Of a stretch of 64,000 nt of DNA, positions 47,801 through 58,364 are shown one piece after another; positions within the stretch are counted from its first letter, which is position 1; the number at the start of each line of letters is the position of its first letter. Source of the stretch: Clytia hemisphaerica (Eukaryota); contig NW_027104280.1 in assembly GCF_902728285.1 (NCBI RefSeq), forward strand, positions 547,995 to 611,994. Reading direction: 5' to 3'. The notes beneath the pieces are model-generated. The model saw nothing but the letters and a program-made list of their open reading frames with translations, did not search any database and was not told the origin of the DNA. The translations under genes were made by a program, and so were the position numbers.

Positions 47801-48462
47801 CATATGTTTTGCATACTTTCTAAGGGAATTTCACCACGGCAATTCGGCAACCATAATTTTTGCATACAATTCAATATGGCGGATGCAAAGGCGAAAAGGT
47901 CTATAAAGCCAGATGATCTCAATCGAACGGAATCGACAATCAAACCAGTCGAACAACAATATCGAACCAATCGAATAAGGAGACCCTGCCGACGCACCGG
48001 ACTGTCCGGTGTATTTGTCCGGCGGCAAAAAGTATCCTTTCGCTACACCGGATGCAATAAGTCCGGTGTCAGTCCGGTGTTGCATACAGGGAATTTTGTA
48101 CGCCGGACATTTACGAAACAAAAAATTAAGAAACACCGGACGCACCGGACTGGTCACGTCCGGTGTTTTGATTGTCCGGTGGAAAAAATATCCTTCTCCG
48201 ACACCGGACATCCGACTTCCTTAAGTCCGGTGTAGAGATTTCCGGTGGTAAAAAAAATTCACATTTTACACCAGACTTTCACGTGTCCGGCGTTCATTAA
48301 GTCCGGTGCGTCGGCAGGGTCCTATCGAATATTATCCAGTCCAGAATTTTGACATTCAATTGAGATTCGATTGCGTTCGACAATCGAATTTGAATCGGTC
48401 AATTGCGTTCGATTTGGTGTGACTGGTTCAATCGTCGATTCTGTTCGATTGAGATTGTCTGG
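44898..48462. mobile_element. non-autonomous DNA-transposon-like element with ~115 bp TIRs (GCCAGAC(G/A)ATCTCAATCGAAC(G/A)GAATCGAC...), subterminal TCGATTGCGTTCGAT repeats
   Basis: Left end 44898-45020 matches the reverse complement of 48345-48462 over >100 bp. An internal third copy of the terminus lies at 47890-47990. No intact transposase ORF. Confidence 0.55.
47330..47900. repeat. internal palindrome: inverted ~110 bp arms (47330-47445 / 47795-47900) each encoding FCIQFNMADAKAKRSI outward
   Basis: ORFs 47123..47452(-) and 47798..48235(+) start with the same peptide because they sit in the mirrored arms. Confidence 0.6.
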
Positions 48463-48499
48463 CTATGCAGCGTCGTTGTCATTTTTTTGGCTGGTTGGG

Positions 48500-48845
48500 T
48501 GTAGCCTGGGCATGGGAATCCAAACACGACCCTGAACACCGCCGTACAATGCGCGGTGGAGTCCGGTGGGCGTCCGGTGGGTGTACAGTGGTATTTTAGG
48601 TTAGATCGAAAACACCATACAACACCACCGTACAGAATCCCACCGTACACGGAATTGCCACCGTACGATTGTCCGGTGCATGTACGTATGCTCAAAAAGG
48701 GTGTCGTGGTCAGCCGGTGGTAAAAATAGGTTAGGCTCCGCCCACCGTACACCCACAGTACGCCCACCGTACACCCACCGTACGCCCACCGGACTCCACC
48801 GTGCAATGTACGGCGGTGTCCAGGGTCGTATCCAAACTCATAATC
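48500..48845. mobile_element. short hairpin element (CCACCGTACA-rich inverted arms 48507-48598 / 48745-48840)
   Basis: Arms are reverse complements. Explains mirrored ORFs 48399..48806 / 48601..48789 / 48680..48919. Confidence 0.5.
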
Positions 48846-50239
48846 TTAGAAAAAACAAAAAATACCTCACCTCACAAAGCTCTAAAATTATAGAGCTTTG
48901 TGCAGGTAGATTTGTCTGACACAGAATGTTATAAACAGTCTGTGTATGAACCCTTGTTGACAGACTTTTTGAACTTTGGAAACCCAGGCAAACACACATA
49001 TAGGTAATCAACTTACCATAAAAACTCTTCCATAAGCTCTAAAGACTTTCAAAACTACTATTATAAACCACACCAAATAATTAGCCACATGTATGTAGAC
49101 TTCCAGCCAACAGCCATTTTGTTTCTAAATGAATCTATGTTTTCATTTTCATTTTTTTTCCTTTTTTATGCAGAGTCAGCTTTTCCATAAATTATGCACG
49201 CTCATCGTCATCGAAATTATCAAAATGCGCGCAAAAGTACCAATCAGTGGCCAATCAGGCAGAACCTGCATTGCAGGGAAAAATCTCCCTGCAGGCGAGT
49301 TACCTGCGCCAAGCGTTAAACAAGCAGTAAAAATATCATAAACTAGACTGTGAATAAAATCTTTTATTCATTTTTAATTTTCGTTTCGCTTTATGTATTG
49401 GTTTCTAATTTTTTGATTTCTCGATTTTTTAAACATGTTTTTAGTATTTATGGGAAGGTTGTTGTATGAGGATGTTTTTTACGAAGTTGTATATGTTTTG
49501 AATTTATTACTGTTTTTAAACTGTTTTTATATTTGTTTTTAGATATTAAATCTGATGATGAGAAAAATCTCCCGAAATATATTATGAAAATAAAAATAAA
49601 ATTGTTGGTCACACCCTTTTCAATAAAGTTTAACACTTGGATTCCCAGGCTAGGTTGGGTGCTGCTTCTAGCATCTTGATTGCAAAAGTTAAAATGCTTT
49701 TCTCATTCGATATATTGTACCGTGAGATCGGGTAACTTACATCAGTGGAGGCTAACATGCATAGCTCTTAAATGAATGACTTTAAGGTATTTTACAGAAA
49801 GTAGTACAGTGTACCAAAGAACACGAAAATATTTCCTCTGTATATTACTTTTCTCGCCCGAATAGGTAAATGTGGGTTTTTTTCAGAGGTGTTTTCGAAC
49901 AATCGCCAATAAAACTTCCTAGGAGAGTGTTCGAAAATCTAAAATAGTTCTGTAATTTACACAATACTATTATTATGTATTATGCATTACTAATTCCGAC
50001 ACCCTTTTTTAGAGACAGGAATAATATGAAAGTTTGAATCACTGATTGAAAAAGAATTATTCCTCGCTGACCACTAAATTTAAAGAAAAACAGTTTCAAC
50101 CTTTCTATCAGTTTCAGCTGATAAAAAAGGTGTTGGGATTAGAGGAGGGATGTCGACATTAGACCAAGTTACGGTATGCCTAAAATTTGAATTCTGTCAA
50201 AAATAATATTATATTAGATAGCTAAGAAAACTTTTCCAA

Positions 50240-50866
50240 TATATCGTCGCATCAAAATAAGAAAGCCTTAAGTCCATTTTTTCAAAAATTGAGTTATGAC
50301 CATACCGATGCTTTACACCCCATTTTTTATCGAATTTTTGGCTTAAATCCATCAAAAACCAACCTAAAGTGGCCTAATTTTAAGTTTTTTGAAAAATAAG
50401 AATTTTTATTTTTGAAATTTTCTCAAGTTAAGAAAGTCTTAAGTCCATTCTCATTTTAGTTGGACTTTAGGACCTTTTAGATTAAGGTTTTAGTTAAAGA
50501 GTTCAAAAAAGTTAAGAAAGTTTAAAGCAAGAAAGTCTTAAGTCCATTTTGGAGTTAAGACACTTTTTCACTGGAAATTTTTCAAATTTTCAGTTTTAAT
50601 CAAGGAAATTTACATAGAAAAAAAGGTTTAAGTCCATTCTCGAAAAACATGCTATGAAGAAGCATTCATATCTCCGCAATGGTATAAGTGACAATGTTGA
50701 TACTTTAGAACTTGAAAGATCTTTCTTCATTTATATTCATATCAAAAAAGCAGCTAGCTAGCCCAACATGGTCAAAAATGGCAGCCATTTCAAACCTTTA
50801 AACTTGATTTTCTCAAAACTACAAAAATGGACTTAAGGCTTTCTTATTTTGATGCGACGATATTGA
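50240..50866. mobile_element. MITE with 42 bp TIR ATATCGTCGCATCAAAATAAGAAAGCCTTAAGTCCATTTT and internal AAGAAAGTCTTAAGTCCATTCT subrepeats
   Basis: Termini at 50240-50282 and 50822-50865 are exact inverted repeats. Confidence 0.65.
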
Positions 50867-52599
50867 AGTCTGATTTAGTATCTTCTTGATTAGTCCAGCT
50901 TTAAGGTGGTCTCCTTCCTTTTTATTTTGTTGATTCCGCCCCCTTTAGATGTGTTTGAAAGGTAAATAAATAGTTACTTAATCACTATCACCTTACTCTG
51001 TGGGATACATTTTTGAAAATTAGGTCTTTCAATTAGGGATGGTCACCAGTTTTTGCACCTACCTGGAGGTTCTATAAATTAACCTGTGTTTGTTTGTCCA
51101 TCCGTTCGTTAGTCTGTTACCAACTTTTCTCAGGATTGAATCATAGGAATCTTTTGATCTTTGGTACAAAGGTGCAAAATGCTGGTTTTAGTTTTTTCAA
51201 ATAGTCGAGATGTCTAAGGGATGGAATACAATGCAAGAACGATTTCTGAACTTCTTCAAGTTGTTTGAACAAAACCACGTTTCCAGGGTGACCAGAGTTG
51301 TGAACAGTAGTCCAGATAAGGGATGTCTAGTGCTTTCCATAAAGTTAGCATAGTTTCAATTTTCCTTCAAGTTTTCTCAAGTGGAACTAATGAGCAATAA
51401 AGCAGAGAGCATAATCATCATATTTTACTTCATTTGGCATGTCGTTAACATAATTTAAAAAATATTAATGCATGGTTTAAGGAGGGTTCCCTGAGGCATT
51501 CCAGAAATAACAGGTGAGGAATTAGACGATTTACCACAAATGAACATGTTGAGATCAATTTGAAAGGAAATCTGTAATCCAAGACAAAATGTTTCCATCA
51601 ACACCTGTGTACATTTTAGCTTGATGATCAAACTTTATCAAACACCTTGCACCTTCTTGTTCTTTATAGTCGATGGCTTTTGCATTAACATAGTTCGGAA
51701 GGGGGTCACTACCCCTCTACCCTAGAGCTACCCCCCCCTACCCTAGGTTCTTCCCCCTTTTAAAATTTGATGCTACCCCCCTCAAAATTTTAAAATCCTA
51801 CCATAATTCTTCCGGTGAAAAAGCAAGAACATTCAGTGTAAATAAGCAAATAATTAGGAAATCTGAATTTGGTGGTGTACGCTTTGATCAAAGGTAAAAG
51901 TGAACTTCTTTCAGACTGTGTAACCAGAACTGGTATATATGTTTCAAACATACTAAACAATTAATAAAGAAGACGTTGCATTGTAAATTAAAAATAAAAC
52001 TTCTAATTTGGGAAAACACAAAAAAAACATACCACTGACATCTTACCCCCCCCCCTTTCTAGATGAACCCCCCCTTTCTGAAAACTTCCCCCTTTCTAGA
52101 AAAAATTCTCTTACCCCCCCCCTTTCTGAGATTTTCTGAACATCGCTACCCCCCCCCTTTATAAAGGGGGGGGGGTGCGAACTATGATTAACGGTTTGGA
52201 GAACGAGAAAAAACTTTCTGTTGTTCTTTTTCCCCTCTTCTGATGATTTTAACAAATTCATGGTAAATCCTGACATTTTTTTCTGGCAACTTTTGAAGCT
52301 TCTTGAATTTTCGTCCAAATCCCTGTCCAGTGTTGTTCTTTTGTAGACTTGATAACGACGTTTCTTTTTTCTGATTGCTTTTGAATGAACCAAGGTTGTT
52401 TGAAGCATTTCGAGGTAAATTTACTTGTAACATTTTTTTGTGCATTTATTCGTATAATTTGTTTGAATGTCAGCAAAGATGTATTAAAATGTCAGTGTCA
52501 GAAGTGATTAAGTTACAATAATTTGCTGCTTCGTTTTCACTGTCTTTCTGGCATCAATATTTGCATGATGCCAGAGGTGTACTGTTCGTTGGATTGGTT

Positions 52600-53100
52600 T
52601 TATTTTCTTAGGGTGGAAATAAATGTTGCTGGTGACATTCTGTAGTGTAAGTTGTTTGTTATGTGTGTGGTGTCGAACTTGGTTCTGGGTCTACTTTTTT
52701 TGAAAATTTGTGTTTTTTGATACTTGTCTTTTGTCGTTTTTCTTGTTCTTGTCTCTTTGAACTTGTTTGTTTTGTCTGTTGTGTAACCCCCTTTTTTGTT
52801 TCTTTGTATTTGTGAGCGAGTTTTTGTTTATTTTTCTATGTTTGTTAGTTTGTTTGGACTGTGGGTTGGTTCAGGGTTATGGAATCTGGAGGAGTGTTGG
52901 ACGTCCTTAAAATATGTTTTAAGCCACTGCGCCCCCTGCGAGTGGTTTTTGGTGTTTGAGCTTATGTGATTGCTGTGTTGGTGTTTCTGCTTGGCTTTTT
53001 AAACTTTATGTCTATTGGTTTTTTGGTTCTTTTTCGCATAAAATTCTCATTCCTTGACAGAATTATTGATATTAGTCCACTTTTTATGTTTCATCTTTAT
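52600..53100. repeat. GT-rich low-complexity tract
   Basis: ttgtttg/tgtgt-biased composition. Confidence 0.5.
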
Positions 53101-53757
53101 TTTATTTAGTATTTTCAACACTTGTTTTCCTTGAGGTCAGATCTCTGATCTTCACCATAATATACATCGGAAGTTGTATATTGAAATTGGTAAGCCTTTC
53201 TTTTTGTCTATTTCACTGTCAGAAACTGTGGATGAAGTAGACAAGATAGATGAAATCGATGAATCACTTTGTCACTTATATGAGATTAAGAGTTTAAATT
53301 AAACCCTTGTCACAAGCAATTGATTTGGATACGTTTGTCACAACATCTCTGTCAAATTAGGTGCAAATGGAAATTTGGAAAGGCCTGCAATTTTTTTTGA
53401 GCAAAGCTCAAAAAATTCAAAATGACTTTTTTTTAAGTGTTAACTGGCATCAAAGAGGTGCTAATATAATAATGCGTATTTCAAAAACCGGTATGTATAA
53501 TTTGGCAGTAAAAAGACACAAATTCATTAAAATATTGTCTCTGAAAATACCGTCTATGAAATTAATTCTCTGGGAAATCTTAAAGGAACTTCATCATGAG
53601 AAAATGCTTTTCAATGTTGGTTGTTTAATCTATCCCATTTTAATTTAGTTTTGGATATTTTTGTTTGTATTTTTTTTTTAGGAATATAAAAACAAATGAT
53701 TCACTCAAAAACTTTTTCTCAAACACGTTGGATGAATTTAGATGTTTTCAATGAAAA

Positions 53758-53898
53758 ATGAGTAGATGGAGAAGTACGTGTCCCGACAAATTACTGACCA
53801 GTATTGCAAATATCTCAGAAGCTCGTTTGTACTTGTTGCGACAAACTGGTCCCACTGGATTCCTTTTGAAAGAGCATGATGGCGAGACGAAGTTCAAG
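53758..53898 (+). CDS. ZSWIM2 (MEX)-like E3 ligase exon 1
   Basis: ATG 53758 in ORF 53758..53985. Donor AAG|GTCTGG. Confidence 0.55.
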
Positions 53899-54008
53899 GT
53901 CTGGACATTTCCTACATTTTCTGGATCAACTAGAAATTTGCAAAGAATACTGCAGATTAAGAAATGCTTTCTGACAGTTAATTAGATGTTCTGTTTTTTT
54001 GTTTTTAG

Positions 54009-54085
54009 GTTTTGCTTGGCGCTGTTCACTCGTGCGATTGTAATTTCTTTTTGAAAGAGAGGGAGCTTTGTAAACACATCCTATG
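54009..54085 (+). CDS. ZSWIM2-like exon 2: SWIM zinc finger (HSCDCNFFLKERELCKHIL)
   Basis: Acceptor gtttttag, CxC...CxH SWIM signature, donor TG|GTATGT. Confidence 0.65.
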
Positions 54086-54263
54086 GTATGTGTTCTTTAA
54101 CATCATTTATGTCTCATTTCTGCGTCACCAAACATAATTATCAACAAGAAAATATTGAACGGATTTGACTCGGGGTGTTCCGGTCGTTTAGTTGTGAAGT
54201 GAGATGGAATTTAATTTAGTTCCCGCTTCTATGCTGACTTCAAACTTTGTTTTTGTTTTTCAG

Positions 54264-54304
54264 GATTTTAATCAGAAAATTTCGGATCCAAAAAGAAGAT
54301 CCAA
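54264..54304 (+). CDS. ZSWIM2-like exon 3 (WILIRKFRIQKEDP)
   Basis: Acceptor ttttcag, donor A|GTATGT. Matches vertebrate CKHICWVLLKKFKL. Confidence 0.55.
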
Positions 54305-54440
54305 GTATGTAGTCTATCAGATCATTTAATATTTCCTCAGTTAGCACTAAAGTCTTTACACAGTTGAATGAAACAAATTGAAAGATCTTTAAACAAAGAT
54401 TTCCCTCAAAAAACGGTGCTTCATAAAACTCCCAATTAGA

Positions 54441-55012
54441 CCAGGGGGGGGGGGCACGCAGTTACTACAAGACAGTATGACACTTACTACCGTGGTGGTA
54501 CTGTATTCAGAAGTTATGACTGCTGTTTGGGGGTGGTGCCAAACACTAAAACTAGCACTTTTGATGTAGTAAGTGCTTATATTTTAATTCTTTTTAAAGA
54601 AATTTCAAAATTTTTCACAAAAAATTTTTTTGTGAAAAAATTATTTGTTAAAAAAATTCTTTTTGTTATAAATGGACGAAAAGAAATTTGAAATTTTTCT
54701 CAGATCCAACTTTGAAATTATTTTTCTGTAATTATCATTAAAATGTTCTCAACAGCTGTTAACCAAGTAAATTAAAAGAAAATCTAGCACAAAATGGTAT
54801 TAAGTTGAAAAATAATTGCAATTTAGGGTAATTTCGAGCATGTTTTTGATGATATCACTCAAAAACAGGGGTGGTACCTGGAAATCTTTTCAGAAAACAG
54901 TTACTACCAAGGTGTAGTAACTGCAAAGGGTGGTGGTCCTGAAAAAAATTGTTGAAAAAGCACTTACTACAAATCATGTCTTGTAGTAACTGCGTGCCCC
55001 CCCCCCCTGATT
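54441..55012. mobile_element. MITE in ZSWIM2-like intron 3: TIR CAGGGGGGGGGCACGCAGTTACTACAAGAC, 7-bp TSD ATTAGAC
   Basis: Inverted termini at 54441 and 54975-55012. ATTAGAC directly flanks both ends. Confidence 0.7.
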
Positions 55013-55120
55013 AGACTGTTTATTGTTTTCCTTGAATATTTTTAAACTCCTGCAACCCAGGAAGAAAGAAAAGCGGTCAAACTATCCAAACCCTTTTGAA
55101 AAAGATTTGATTTTTATTAG

Positions 55121-55322
55121 TCGCGTTCCAGCTTGGTCTTTGTGAACGTGAGCTAAACCATGTTCTGTATGGTCAGAAGCAAGTTGAGAATAAACAACCA
55201 ACCAAAGCAGCATCTGCTGGTGCCAGAGAAATGTTGAAACAGAAGAAGATCGAGAAAGAAGATGTCTGCCCCATCTGTCAAGATGAAATATACAAAACGA
55301 AAAAGAGTTTAACTTACTGCAA
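55121..55322 (+). CDS. ZSWIM2-like exon 4 (AFQLGLCERELN... + RING start CPICQDE)
   Basis: Acceptor ttattag. AFQLGL identical to the vertebrate ZSWIM2 motif as I recall it. Donor AA|GTATGT. Confidence 0.65.
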
Positions 55323-55618
55323 GTATGTAAATTGTTTGTTTGATCTCAGAAGGCAGGCACAAAGCAGGCGGCCACCTGACCACATGATTTCAAAATAAAG
55401 TCAGATCCTGCTTAAATAACCTTTAAAAACAGACCTGTTTTAGGGCTAAAATTCAAAAAAGTGCCTCCTTAGTCAATGTACAATTGTCACTTTCAAAGTA
55501 GAGCGGCGGTCCCTGGAAAGCATTTAAGACACACAGAATTCTATTCAAAGATATTTACATTTTGCAAGCTTTTGAAAGGAATCTTTCCAGATAAACGTTT
55601 AGGAATTTTATTTTTTAG

Positions 55619-55742
55619 GTTTGGATGTGGAAACAGTGTTCACGTTTCCTGTCTCAAGATTTGGGCTGACCATCAGCATAAATCAAACAACGAAGAAGTT
55701 ATCAAGTGCCCGCTCTGTCGAACCGAATTCGCTAGCTATAAA
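55619..55742 (+). CDS. ZSWIM2-like exon 5 (RING-H2 finger: FGCGNSVHVSCLKIW...CPLCR)
   Basis: Acceptor ttttttag, donor AAA|GTATGA. Overlaps ORF 55476..55748. Confidence 0.7.
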
Positions 55743-55844
55743 GTATGACAGTGACCTCGTTTATTTCAAACTTTCGTTTAATCAAATCCCTTGGTGCAAA
55801 AATTTCCCGTTTCGAATGTTTACCTTTTCTTTCATTATTTGTAG

Positions 55845-55969
55845 AGTATATTGCAAGAACATCGTCGCTCTGTCACTCGATCTCAGATGAGAAAAAATTC
55901 CCTGCTCAGTATTTGTGTTGGATGTAAACAAAGAGCTCCTTCTACATCTTCTACTCAATCTGTTTACAA
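55845..55969 (+). CDS. ZSWIM2-like exon 6 (SILQEHRRSVTRSQMRKNSLLSICVGCKQRAP...)
   Basis: Acceptor ttgtag, donor AA|GTGAGT. Overlaps ORF 55745..55927 frame region. Confidence 0.6.
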
Positions 55970-56189
55970 GTGAGTTATCTTATGTTCACATCAGAAGGCG
56001 TGGATATTTCAACCTAAATTTGCTATTTTTTCAAATTTGAATTTTGAAGGGAAAACATCTTTTAATAGTACGCCTCTTAAATTCTGTGGAATTTTTCTTT
56101 TTAAATTTTTCATTTTAAATCTCTCATTTTATTCTATGAAGTTTGAACATTTATCTGATTAAGACAAAAGTCAACTTAAAACCATTTGA

Positions 56190-58215
56190 GTCTACTAAAT
56201 CACGTACCTCACGTGCCCTAGTGCCTTAACTTTTTTACGTGCCTCTAGTGTCCTAGTGCCTCGCGCGCATTTAGTGCCCTAGTGTCCTAGTGCTTTAAAA
56301 TTTCACATGTCCTAGTGCCCTAAAATTTTTACGTGCCCTAAAATTTTCACGTGTCCTAAAATTTTCACTTGCCCTAAATTTTTCTTTTGCCCCAATTTTT
56401 TTTAGCGATATGAGGTCTTTCTTATCGGTATTTCGGGATTAAGTCGATAAGTACTCGTGTATCGGTAATTGACAGCTTTTTTAGTGTCTCACGTGCCTCA
56501 AGTGCCCTAGTGCCTTAAAATTTACCGTGCCCTAGTGCCCTAATTTTTTCGACTAATAACCTCAACCTTTGGATAATTTTCATTAAACTTATGTTGCCTT
56601 TCTAAACACAGAAATTAGCTAATTAAAATATCGTTAAAGCTTTGTTTCAAATTTTTAATTACTAACAGCCGAAATATCTGACCTCTTATTATTATTATTC
56701 TGAATATTTTTGTTCGACGACCTCGAATCATTTAAATGTATAATTATATCGCCGTTGTGGAAAACAATTCTGAAAGAAAAACTAGCTGCTACGACAACGA
56801 TCTCGGTATGAACTCAAATGTTTCCACGTAGCCGTTGCAGTTGCAGTTGCAGTTGTGACTTCGGAAACTCCGGAAGGTCCGGGAGTTGGAAAAAAATCGA
56901 AAAATTAATAAACGCCCTTACCCCCTCCCGTTTATTCGGCACCTGCGAGCAAAGAGAAAGAAAGTGAGAGAAAAAGTGTCAGCGAATACTGTTGACAAGT
57001 ACTCGCTTGTGACAAAATAATTGCCCCTTGTTTCGACTGCAATTTTTACAGCTATAAGAACCGCTGACCACCACGTGCGCTGAGCGCCGAAAGCACGGTT
57101 ATGTATAAAAAGTTTAAATTCAAATGACGTAAATTCTCTACTTTTAAAAGATTTTAGCAATCAGAACTCAGCTAAAAAAATAATATTTTCGAATAATGCA
57201 GAACGTTACATCTGCGTGAAACTACTACAATTCGGATGCATTCCTAAAAAGACGCTACAAAATATGCTACTGATCAAACGTTTTTCATAAGTCTATCGAA
57301 AATACAACAATTGTTTTTAACAAAACTAAAGTATGTTCACGATAAGTGTGCACTCTCTTTTTTTTTGTCTATAACCTTTTAAGGATTGCTTCAGTCGTAA
57401 TAAATTTTGTACCGTTGGAAAGATATTAATGAGTGGAATAATTTGAATTAAAAATTGTTTTGAAAAATTTCAAAAATAAAGATGAAAAAAAGAAGAAAAA
57501 AATTAACTTCCTGTAGAATTGAGTTATAATTTTCCTTTTTACAGGAATGAAACTCCAATCTTAGAGCATCATCACTATGAAAATTTTTTTCATATTTTTA
57601 TAAATATTCATTCAATGAAAATATATCAAATAAAGTTTGCCTCTACTTGACCCAAAAAAAGAGAATAAAACAGGCTTTTTAGGGGTCAATCAGCTATAAA
57701 CATTGTTTGATATCTTTTGACTGAAAGAATATTTTTGAAAAATTTGTTCACAGTGATGACGCTCTAAGATTGGAGTTTCATTCCTGTGAAAATGAAAATT
57801 ACAACTCAATTCTACAAGAAGTTTATTTTTTTCTTCTTCATTTTCACGTGAAAAACAATAGGCCACGTGAAAATTTAAGGGCACATGAAAAAGGGGTAAA
57901 CCAGTCCCAAAAAGTTGTGCGAGACTTTTTTGATTTTTCTGTGATTTTTTTGTGATTCTTGCCAATTTTCACGTGATTTGGATTTTGGATTTTTTTCAAG
58001 TAAATGTGAAAAATTTAGAGCACGTGAAAACAAATTGGGTACGTAGAAAAAAATAGGGCACGTGAAAAAATAAGGCGCGTGAAAAAATAAGGCGCGTGAA
58101 AAAATAGGACACGTGAAAAATCCAGGGCACTTAAGGCACGCGAGGCACTAGGGCAATTGAGGCACTAGGGTACCAGAGGCACGTAAAAAAAGTTAAGGCA
58201 CGTGAGGCACGTGAT
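56190..58215. mobile_element. second foldback-like element: ~380 bp inverted arms made of CACGTG/GTGCCCTAGTGCC subrepeats, ~1.3 kb centre
   Basis: 56190-56560 is the reverse complement of 57830-58215. About 10 CACGTG E-box motifs per arm. Centre has nested hairpins (57541-57585 / 57750-57795) and the AATAAACGCCC...GGGCGTTTATT motif at ~56915. Confidence 0.7.
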
Positions 58216-58282
58216 TTAGCAGATTCAAACCATTTTAACCGCGCCAAGGATTGTGAGCTTTATTTCGCATAACTTATTTCAG

Positions 58283-58364
58283 ATGCAACACATGCAATTC
58301 GTTTCTTTGTCAATCCTGTTTCCATCCAAATAAACATTATGGACACCAAGTGAAAACAAAACAT
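58283..58364 (+). CDS. ZSWIM2-like exon 7: ZZ-type zinc finger (CNTCNSFLCQSCFHPNKHYGH)
   Basis: Acceptor ttatttcag, donor CAT|GTAAGA. Phase matches exon 6. Downstream exons (58590-60500) are uncertain. Confidence 0.65.

Noticed and set aside
47123-48235. ORFs 47123..47452(-) and 47798..48235(+) as a divergent gene pair
   Set aside because: They are mirror images generated by an internal palindrome of a decayed transposon and have no homology signals.
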